Positions 30,380 to 37,608 of a stretch of DNA of 58,642 bases are shown one piece after another. The translations under genes were made by a program, and so were the position numbers. Positions within the stretch are counted from its first letter, which is position 1. The number at the start of each line of letters is the position of its first letter. The notes beneath the pieces are model-generated. The model saw nothing but the letters and a program-made list of their open reading frames with translations, ran no database searches and was not told the origin of the DNA. This DNA is from an uncultured Planctomycetaceae bacterium (GTDB lineage: Bacteria > Planctomycetota > Planctomycetia > Pirellulales > PNKZ01), in NCBI GenBank assembly GCA_964387325.1, contig CAYLYE010000001.1, positions 85,453 to 144,094 on the forward strand, in the 5' to 3' direction.

Positions 30380-31786
30380 ATGCCCATGTCCCACCTCCCC
30401 TACACCCGCCGTGAATTGCTCGCCCGCGGAGGTATGGGCTTTGGCCTGCTCGCCCTGGCCGAGGTCTTAAAACAAGACGGCGCGCTCGTGCAAGCGGCGA
30501 CCGTCGAGCTGCCGCTCGCTCCCAAGCGACCGCATTTTGCTCCTCGGGCCAAGCAGGTCGTCCACCTCTTTATGAACGGCGGCGCGTCGCAGGTCGACAC
30601 GTTCGACCCGAAGCCGGCGCTCGACAAATACCACGGCAAGCCGCTCCCCTCGCCCAACCTAAGGACCGAGCGTAAGACCGGCGCGGCGATGCGTAGCCCG
30701 TTCAGCTTTCGCAAGTATGGGCAGAGCGGCATCGAGGTGAGTGAGCTGTTCGCCCACACGGCCCGGCACGTCGACGACATGTGTTTCATTCGCTCGATGC
30801 AGGCCGACGTGCCGAACCACGAACCGTCGCTGATGCTGATGAACTGCGGCGACGCGCGGCTGCCGCGCCCCAGCATGGGCTCGTGGATCACCTATGGCCT
30901 AGGGAGCGAGAACCAGAACCTGCCCGGCTTCATGGTCATGTGCCCGAACGGGGTGCCCATCGTCGGCACTCAGAATTGGCGCAGCGCGTTTTTGCCCGGC
31001 GCGTATCAAGGGACCGCCCTCGACACCAAGCACACGGAGCTTCCCAAGCTGCTTGAGAATATTCAGAGCCCGATCAACTCGACCGAGCAGCGACGGCAGT
31101 TGGATTTGCTCGCGTCGCTCAACGCGCGACACGCCGCGGCGCGGCAACACGATCCGCTGTTGGAAGCCCGACTGCAAACCTTCGAGCTGGCCTACCGCAT
31201 GCAAGGCGAGGCGGCCGAGGCGTTCGACCTCAATCGCGAGCCGACTTACATTCGCGAAGCGTATGGCTCGGGCGTGCATGGGAGGCAACTGCTCATCACG
31301 CGGCGGCTGCTCGAACGCGGCGTGCGATTCATCCAGCTCTGGAGCGGTGGCGGGCAGCCGTGGGACAATCACGACAACCTCGAAAAGAATCATCGCAAGC
31401 TGGCCGCCGAATGGGATCTGCCGCTCGCCGCGTTCCTGACGGACCTCAAGCAGCGCGGGCTGCTCGAAACCACGCTGGTCATGTGGGGCGGCGAGTTCGG
31501 CCGCACGCCGGTCGCCGAACTGCCGGCCCTCAACGGTCGCGACCACAACCATTACGGTTTTACGATGTGGCTCTGCGGCGGAGGCGCTCGCGGCGGTTAC
31601 GTGCATGGCGCGACCGACGAGTTTGGCTTCCAGGCTGTTGAGAACAAGGTCCACGTCCACGATCTGCACGCGACGATCTTGCACCTGCTCGGTTTCGATC
31701 ACGAGCGGCTCACCTATCGCTACGCCGGCCGCGACTTCCGCTTGACCGACGTACACGGGCACGTCGTACACGAGCTGATCGCGTAG
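30380..31786 (+). CDS. DUF1501 (sulfatase-like) protein with a Tat-type signal
   Basis: TRRELLARGGMGFGLLAL is followed by DUF1501 hallmarks (LFMNGGASQVDTFDPKP, GRDHN). The start is set at ATG 30380. Confidence 0.9.
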   Translation: MPMSHLPYTRRELLARGGMGFGLLALAEVLKQDGALVQAATVELPLAPKRPHFAPRAKQVVHLFMNGGASQVDTFDPKPALDKYHGKPLPSPNLRTERKTGAAMRSPFSFRKYGQSGIEVSELFAHTARHVDDMCFIRSMQADVPNHEPSLMLMNCGDARLPRPSMGSWITYGLGSENQNLPGFMVMCPNGVPIVGTQNWRSAFLPGAYQGTALDTKHTELPKLLENIQSPINSTEQRRQLDLLASLNARHAAARQHDPLLEARLQTFELAYRMQGEAAEAFDLNREPTYIREAYGSGVHGRQLLITRRLLERGVRFIQLWSGGGQPWDNHDNLEKNHRKLAAEWDLPLAAFLTDLKQRGLLETTLVMWGGEFGRTPVAELPALNGRDHNHYGFTMWLCGGGARGGYVHGATDEFGFQAVENKVHVHDLHATILHLLGFDHERLTYRYAGRDFRLTDVHGHVVHELIA

Positions 31787-31841
31787 GTGCGGCGTTTCAT
31801 AGCAGCGCTAGGTCGCATGACCGCGTTGCAGATAGACCGCC

Positions 31842-31880
31842 ATTGACCCTCAGATCATCGGCTTAATAGGCCGAGCGAAC
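31842..31880. repeat. Partial or diverged copy C of the ~100-nt repeat (left arm only)
   Basis: attgaccctcagatcatcggcttaataggccgagcgaac aligns with the first ~40 nt of copies A and B. Similarity after that point is weak. Confidence 0.5.
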
Positions 31881-31935
31881 CCACACACCGCTGACGCCAC
31901 TTTGCCCGCCTGACATTGTGCGCTAACAGAGCGGC

Positions 31936-32501
31936 ATGAATGAGTTCATTGCACTACGAGCACGAGCGCGTGACAAACGGGACAAGGCCATCGCCCAGGC
32001 TCGCGAAGAGTACGAAGCGGCATTGGTTCAGATCGCCACGTTAGAGCAGGACTTGCTTGGCAAGCTGCCGAGCAAGCACAAGCCGATGAGCGCTTGCATC
32101 GAGTCGGTTATCCCCAACGACCGACCGTTTACCACGCTCGACGTGCTGACCAGCTTGGAAGCGTTAGACCCGCGCCGAGTATGGCGCAAGCGGTCGATTG
32201 ATAACCACTTCTCACGGCTCCGCGACAAGGGCTTAATCCGCCGCATCAAACGGGCCACGAGCTAGCCGCCTACGTCCTGGCCGACGTGAAGGCCAAGGTT
32301 GTGCCGCTCGACGATATGACGCTAGAGCAGGCCATTCACAGGGTATTAACCCGCCCCATGACGGTTACTGAGGTTGCTGTGGCGGTTATCGAGGCTGGGT
32401 ATCAGTCCACCATGAGCCGGAACAACCTACGGAACCACGTAGGCCGTCTGCTGGCCAAGGGAGATTTCAAGCGGGAGGGCGGGAAGTGGGTGGAAGTGTA
32501 G
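31936..32501 (+). pseudogene. Tandem winged-helix-like protein gene that appears split by a 1-nt frameshift near 32253 (ORFs 31936..32265 and 32286..32501)
   Basis: The frame of ORF 2 is open upstream of its GTG back to about 32223 and reads ...GHELAAYVLADVKAKVV. Joining the frames at about 32253 gives ...GLIRRIKR/GHELAAYVLAD..., a typical wHTH wing. The two halves have the same architecture. Confidence 0.5.
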
Positions 32502-32824
32502 GGGGGTATTTCCGGCTAACTGTACAGCGAAAAAGCTGCCAAATTGGCGTGTCGTAAATGCCTACCCAAATAAGTAAAAACGATCGTTTTTGGCCTGTTT
32601 TTCTGGTTGATCTTAGGGCTATGCACTGGCTATACTAGCCACTTCGGGTGATTCCGAACAACCGACACCGGATGCGTGTCGTAGAATTTATCAAGAAGGC
32701 GGCCGAGAGCTGCCGATGCCAGGGATGGCGTGTGGTGTGTGAAATTCACACCTCGCTGGCATGGCTGTTACCGGTATGAGCCGCTACTTGATTTAGTATG
32801 CGGCTTATTTTTTTGCGCGGAGCT

Positions 32825-33283
32825 ATGACCTTGAAACCAGTTTTGCAAGCACTCTTGCTCGCGGAACGAATTTATGAGGACAAGCATACAGGCAAAAAAG
32901 TAATTACGGGAATTTTCAACTGCATTACGTTCACTGAGCATCGGATATCGGCTGATGTGCTTTCATTGCAGCCGCAAGAAGCCTTAGCCGAGATCGTCAC
33001 AGGTCAGCATCCTGGTTCTCCCTATGTCTACATCAATCTAACCGAGGTGCATGGCAAGACACCCCTTACATTGAGCTATGTTGATTTGTCCAACGGTAAG
33101 GAGATTATGGCATGCGAGATTGAAGCGCAGTCGGAGAGTCCACTTGATAATGTTGAAATAACGGTAGGCATGCCAATGCCACCTATCTTGCACGCCGGAA
33201 GTTACGCATTGGAATTGTTTTTCAAAGAGGAAATGATTGGTTCGTTACGAATAAGGGCCGTCGAAAAGCCGCGAGGCGAGTAG
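32825..33283 (+). CDS. Hypothetical protein (152 aa) in the AT-rich island
   Basis: Clean ORF with a normal composition. The start is set at ATG 32825 (MTLKPVLQALLLAERIYEDK). No motif recognised with confidence. Confidence 0.55.
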   Translation: MTLKPVLQALLLAERIYEDKHTGKKVITGIFNCITFTEHRISADVLSLQPQEALAEIVTGQHPGSPYVYINLTEVHGKTPLTLSYVDLSNGKEIMACEIEAQSESPLDNVEITVGMPMPPILHAGSYALELFFKEEMIGSLRIRAVEKPRGE

Positions 33284-33309
33284 TTTATTTAGATTTCAGG
33301 ATCACCGCT

Positions 33310-33636
33310 ATGAGTACCGTAGATATCACCCCTAACACTCGATCGTTAGCAGCACAAGAATTCTCGGTTCCCTGGGCGAAAAAAGAAAACACATATCGCG
33401 TCCGTGTTGCAATCTGTCCAGATGCGGATGATGGCGGATTCTACTCCTATGGCATCTCAATTCCGGGCATTGCAGGCCAGGGCGAAACCGAGGAGGAGGC
33501 ATTGGGTAATATTCGCGACGCGGCAAGGGAAGCAATTGCCGCGTATATAGTCGAGGGAATGCAAGTTCCTTACGTTACTAATCAAGAGTCTTTGCCGCGT
33601 GGATGTGTGGAGCGATGGATTACTGTAAATGCCTAG
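33310..33636 (+). CDS. hicB: HicB-family antitoxin (UPF0150 fold)
   Basis: YRVRVAICPDADDGGFYSYGISIPGIAGQGETEEEALGNIRDAAREAI is the HicB N-terminal pattern. It overlaps hicA by 8 nt. Confidence 0.8.
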   Translation: MSTVDITPNTRSLAAQEFSVPWAKKENTYRVRVAICPDADDGGFYSYGISIPGIAGQGETEEEALGNIRDAAREAIAAYIVEGMQVPYVTNQESLPRGCVERWITVNA

Positions 33637-33862
33637 CCTTCCATCCCTTCCTGGGCCTGACGTGGTAAAGGCTTTTGAGAGGGCGGGCTTCAAGCAAGTG
33701 CGCACCTCTTCGAGTCACCACATCCTTAAAAAGGATGGGCATGCCTATTTGCTTTCCGTGCCAGTGCATGGCCACAAGCCCGTAAAAAGCGGTACATTGC
33801 GATCCCTAATCAGGGACGCTGGAATGACGGTAGATGAGTTTGTGGAATATTCCCTGAAGTGA
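33629..33862 (+). CDS. hicA: HicA-family mRNA interferase toxin
   Basis: VVKAFERAGFKQVRTSSSHHILKKDGHAYLLSVPVHGHKPVKSGTLRSLIRDAGMTVDEF matches the HicA (YcfA) consensus, including the catalytic His context. Confidence 0.85.
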   Translation: MPSLPSLPGPDVVKAFERAGFKQVRTSSSHHILKKDGHAYLLSVPVHGHKPVKSGTLRSLIRDAGMTVDEFVEYSLK

Positions 33863-34047
33863 ACTTTTATTGCCTTGCCGTGTCATGGAATATCATGGGT
33901 ACGACAAGACAATTTTTGTTGGCGATTTATGTCGCTTCCGCTCTCCCTAATTGGAGAGCGGCCCGCGTCTTGGTGGCGCAGCAGATTTATAGCCTGCCGT
34001 CGGGGGTCCGTGCGCTCACGGATGGGATCGCAACCCCTTCTCTCCGC

Positions 34048-34251
34048 TTACTTCCGAGCGGACTTCACTAGGCGACGTATCGCCTCTGTAACCGCCTGGG
34101 AGCGGTTCCAGTCGTTTCGGCCTGCTAGGTCATCTAGCTTGGCCACCAACGATTCAGGAACCGCCGCGACCACAGGGACGGTTTTACCCTCTGGATTAGC
34201 CGGTTTACGGCCTGCGCCTCTGCGTGCACCGCCGTGCTGCTTCTCTTCCAT
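34048..34251 (-). CDS. Ribbon-helix-helix (CopG/Arc-like) protein with no adjacent toxin gene
   Basis: A basic N-terminal tail (GGARRGAGRKP) is followed by VVAAVPESLVAKLDDLAGRNDWNRSQAVTEAIRRLV, which fits a beta-strand, helix, helix RHH layout. Confidence 0.7.
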   Translation of the reverse strand: MEEKQHGGARRGAGRKPANPEGKTVPVVAAVPESLVAKLDDLAGRNDWNRSQAVTEAIRRLVKSARK

Positions 34252-34259
34252 GGAATCAC

Positions 34260-34283
34260 CTTGAATAAATATACTTAATCAAG
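34260..34283. promoter_or_regulatory. Imperfect 24-nt palindrome immediately upstream of the RHH gene; candidate operator
   Basis: In cttgaataaatatacttaatcaag, 10 of 12 positions pair as a palindrome. It starts 9 nt upstream of the RHH start codon. Confidence 0.45.
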
Positions 34284-34401
34284 TTGCGCCTGCAAGCTCA
34301 AAAGAAAAACCCCGCCGGGGACTGCAATCCTCGCCGGGGCGAATCACAACTAGGCTTTCGCCCAATCGCGACCAGATACTCCGATCGTAGCGAGAGCCGC
34401 A

Positions 34402-35476
34402 ATGATAAGCGACTCTGCCATGATTGCCATCCGATGCACCCATGAGAAGCTGACCAAGCACGGAAAAGACCGCAAGGGCAACCAGCGTTGGAAGTGCGCC
34501 CGCTGTGGTCAGACCGTCACCCGCGAAATGGAACGCCCCCTTGGCAACCTGCGGATTGACCAAGAGAAGGCCATCACGGTCTTGAAGCTGCTCTTAGAGG
34601 GCATGAACATCCGTGCTTGCGAGCGGATTACCAATGTCCACCGCGACACGATTTGCGACTTGGTTCTTCACGTCGGTCACAACTGCGAGAAGTTCCTAGA
34701 GGCGACGGTTCACGGTGTCGAGGCTCGGTACATCGAGCTTGACGAGATTTGGAGTTTTGTCGGCTGCAAGAACAAGACCGCCGAGGCTCGCGGCTATGGT
34801 CCCGAAAAGGGCGACTCGTGGACGTGGCTTGCTATCGACGCTGAATCGAAGATGATCCTGTCGCATGTCGCTGGCAAGCGGGACGAGCACACCTGCCAAT
34901 CGTTCCTGGCCCGCTTGGACGCTGCCACGACGGGGCGTTGCCAAGTCACGAGCGATGGCCTTGGCCTGTACACATACAACGTGCCGTTCGCCTTGGGCTC
35001 GGGGGTGGACTTCGCCCAGTTGGTCAAAAAATACTCGACCACCCAAGCCGAAACCCGCTATAGCCCAGCCTCGATAATAGGCATCGACAAGACGCCCCGC
35101 TTTGGCAACCCCGACATGGACCACGTCAGCACGTCGTACAGCGATCGATTCAACCTCTCGCTACGGATGCACGTTCGCCGGTTCACTCGGTTGACCAACG
35201 CTCATAGCAAGAGCATCGAGCACCAGCGCTGCGTTGGTGGCCGAACTGCCCGAGTTGGGCCGGCACAACCGCCATGCCGTCGGCCTAATCGATGGCATGG
35301 CTCGAATCGCGCTGGTGACTGCAAACGTGACTCGAACATATCGGGAGACTAACGTCTCCCGCTCGTTGTGTTTCTTGGGGCGCTGCGCCAGGCGATCCCC
35401 CCGGCGTACGCGACGTACCGTCGCTATCGACCGGGGGCTAAATGAGGACGATCCGGCCGTCTTCCTTCTGTGTTGA
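34402..35476 (+). mobile_element. IS1-family insertion sequence remnant; ends not defined
   Basis: It contains the transposase gene above. I could not find convincing terminal inverted repeats or target duplications by eye, so the coordinates cover only the ORF-bearing segment. Confidence 0.5.
34420..35352 (+). CDS. IS1-family transposase (single-ORF type); the C-terminal end looks degenerate
   Basis: N-terminal Cys/His finger (RCTHEK...KCARCG), HTH region, DEIWSFVGCKNK, TSDGLGLY, and SDRFNLSLRMHVRRFTRLTNAHSK. Together these match the IS1 DDE-region layout (DEMWSF, TDxxxxY, ERxNLxLRxxxxRLxRKTxxFSK). Confidence 0.8.
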   Translation: MIAIRCTHEKLTKHGKDRKGNQRWKCARCGQTVTREMERPLGNLRIDQEKAITVLKLLLEGMNIRACERITNVHRDTICDLVLHVGHNCEKFLEATVHGVEARYIELDEIWSFVGCKNKTAEARGYGPEKGDSWTWLAIDAESKMILSHVAGKRDEHTCQSFLARLDAATTGRCQVTSDGLGLYTYNVPFALGSGVDFAQLVKKYSTTQAETRYSPASIIGIDKTPRFGNPDMDHVSTSYSDRFNLSLRMHVRRFTRLTNAHSKSIEHQRCVGGRTARVGPAQPPCRRPNRWHGSNRAGDCKRDSNISGD

Positions 35477-35633
35477 TCGGTGTTCATCCGTGGTTCACAT
35501 TCCCCCCGCCCACGACCGGCCGTAAAACGACGGCGCATTGACCCGGCTCGTGGCGACAAATACAGTGAACAGTGGCTCGATTGCCATTCCAGCGAGGGTT
35601 TCCCCTCCGTCGCGTTTCTCAGTCAGGAAGTGC

Positions 35634-36404
35634 ATGCTCGCTCATCGTGTGATCCCCTGCTTGGATGTCGATCGCGGTCGGGTCGTCAAAGGGACAAAAT
35701 TTTTGCAGCTGCGCGATGCGGGGGACCCGGTCGAGGTGGCGGCGCGCTACGAGGCCGAGGGGGCCGACGAGCTCGTCTTTCTCGACATCACGGCCACGCA
35801 CGAGGCCCGCTCGATCATGCTCGATGTCGTGCGGCGCGTCTCGGACACGGTCTTTATGCCCTTCACCGTGGGCGGTGGCATCCGCACACTCGACGACGCG
35901 GCGGCGCTCATCTCGGCCGGGGCCGAGAAGGTCAGCATCAACTCGGCGGCGGTCCGCACGCCGCAGCTCGTCACGCAGGTCGCACGTAAGTTCGGCCGCT
36001 GCGCCACGGTCGTGAATATCGACCCGAAACGGGTCCAAAAAGATGGCCGCGAGTTTTGGGAGGTCCATATCAGCGGGGGCCGAGTGGGGACGGGCCTCGA
36101 AGCGGTCGAGTGGGCCCGCGAGGTCGAGCGGCTGGGGGCGGGCGAAATCGTCCTCACCTGCATGGATGCCGATGGCACCAAGAACGGGTACGATTTGGAA
36201 ATCACGGCAGCCGTTTCCGCGGCGGTCTCGATTCCGGTCGTGGCCAGTGGCGGGGCGGGGAAACCCGAGCACTTGGCCGACGCGATCCTGCTGGGCAAGG
36301 CCGACGCGGCGCTGGCCGCGAGCATTTTTCACTTTGGCGAGTACACGATTCGCGAGACAAAACAGCTCATGGCCGCGCGCGGAGTGAGCGTCCGCGGTTT
36401 ATAA
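35634..36404 (+). CDS. hisF: Imidazole glycerol phosphate synthase cyclase subunit HisF
   Basis: It has [43 protein letters not shown] and ASIFHFGE. The start is ATG 35634. Confidence 0.95.
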   Translation: MLAHRVIPCLDVDRGRVVKGTKFLQLRDAGDPVEVAARYEAEGADELVFLDITATHEARSIMLDVVRRVSDTVFMPFTVGGGIRTLDDAAALISAGAEKVSINSAAVRTPQLVTQVARKFGRCATVVNIDPKRVQKDGREFWEVHISGGRVGTGLEAVEWAREVERLGAGEIVLTCMDADGTKNGYDLEITAAVSAAVSIPVVASGGAGKPEHLADAILLGKADAALAASIFHFGEYTIRETKQLMAARGVSVRGL

Positions 36405-36459
36405 TGTTTTTCTGCCCGCAACCGATGGCCCTTGTGACCCTGCACTGAGACATCCGATC

Positions 36460-37608
36460 ATGGCGACCGTACCGAACACCGACATCGAACGCTTTATCGT
36501 CAAGCGCGAAGAGACCGAGGTCGACAAGCTCTTTCGCGCGCTCGTCAAGCTCGAAGGGAGCGACTTGCACCTCAAGGTCGGTCGCCCGCCGATCGTTCGA
36601 GTCAAAGGGACGTTGCGGCCGATCAATCGACCGCCGATCGAAGACGAAGAGATGGCCCGGCTCTTGTTGCCGCTGATGAATGAATCGAAGCGCAAGACGT
36701 TCGACGAGACCGGCGGCGCCGACTTCGCGCACACGGTCGATGTCGAAGGGGTTTTGTGGCGATTTCGCGTGAATTTGTTCCAGCAGCTTGGGCACCTCGG
36801 CATGGTGGCTCGCCGCGTGAATCAGTGGATCCCCGACTTTGCCGGCCTCAACCTGCCGCCCATCATGGAAGAACTTTGCAAGTTCAGCCAAGGGATGGTG
36901 CTGCTGGCCGGTGTGACCGGGTCGGGCAAGAGCACGACGATTGCCTCGATGCTCAACTACATCAACAAGAATTACCGCAAGCATATTCTCACGCTTGAAG
37001 ACCCGATCGAATTCGTCTTTACCGAGGACAAGTGCCTGATCAACCAGCGCGAGATCGGTTTCGACGTCAAAGACTTCGGCATCGGCATGAAGCACGCGGT
37101 GCGTGAAGATCCGGATGTGATGCTGGTGGGCGAAATGCGTGACGAGGAAACGTTTCTGACCGCCATTCATGCCGCCGAGACGGGGCACTTGGTGTTCGGC
37201 ACGATCCACGCGAGCAACTCCCCCTCGACGATCGGTCGCATCCTCGACTTGTTCCCACAGAACATGCACGGCGCGCTGCGTAGCGCCATCGCCATGAACA
37301 TGAAGGCCATTGTGGCGCAAAAGCTGCTCCCTTCGATCAAAGAAGGCGTGGGCCGCGTGCCGACGGTCGAGATCATGACTTTTAACGCCACGGTTCGCAA
37401 ATTGCTCTTGGAAGGCAAAGACGAAAAGCTCGGCGACGTGATTCGCATGTGCGACAAAGAAGGCATGCAAGATTTCACGATGAGCCTCAAGAGCCTGATC
37501 GACAAAGAGCTGATCGACCGCGAGACGGCCTTCGAGGTCGCTCCCAACATCGAGGCGCTCAAGATGGCGCTCAAAGGCATCGAAGTACGACAACCGGGAA
37601 TTCTGTAA
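36460..37608 (+). CDS. pilT: Type IV pilus retraction ATPase PilT
   Basis: It has GSDLHLKVGRPPIVRVKG, Walker A GVTGSGKSTT, LTLEDPIEFV, Walker B DPDVMLVGEMRD, and the His box TGHLVFGTIHA. Confidence 0.95.
   Translation: MATVPNTDIERFIVKREETEVDKLFRALVKLEGSDLHLKVGRPPIVRVKGTLRPINRPPIEDEEMARLLLPLMNESKRKTFDETGGADFAHTVDVEGVLWRFRVNLFQQLGHLGMVARRVNQWIPDFAGLNLPPIMEELCKFSQGMVLLAGVTGSGKSTTIASMLNYINKNYRKHILTLEDPIEFVFTEDKCLINQREIGFDVKDFGIGMKHAVREDPDVMLVGEMRDEETFLTAIHAAETGHLVFGTIHASNSPSTIGRILDLFPQNMHGALRSAIAMNMKAIVAQKLLPSIKEGVGRVPTVEIMTFNATVRKLLLEGKDEKLGDVIRMCDKEGMQDFTMSLKSLIDKELIDRETAFEVAPNIEALKMALKGIEVRQPGIL

Noticed and set aside
33859-34264. ORFs 33859..34071 and 33875..34264 on the + strand after hicA
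   Set aside because: They overlap, or lie antisense to, the RHH gene, which has a clear fold pattern and an operator. Their composition is Trp/Cys/Arg-rich.
35560-35633. Possible right half of the ~100-nt repeat next to hisF (agcgagggtttcccctccgtcgcg)
   Set aside because: Only a short, gapped resemblance to gcgaggacggtatttacgg. This is not distinguishable from chance by eye.
35480-36448. Alternative-frame ORFs across hisF (35480..35989, 35665..36015, 36043..36387 and 36056..36448, plus minus-strand ORFs)
   Set aside because: hisF is unambiguous in its own frame. The others are Arg/Gly/Pro-rich overlap artefacts.
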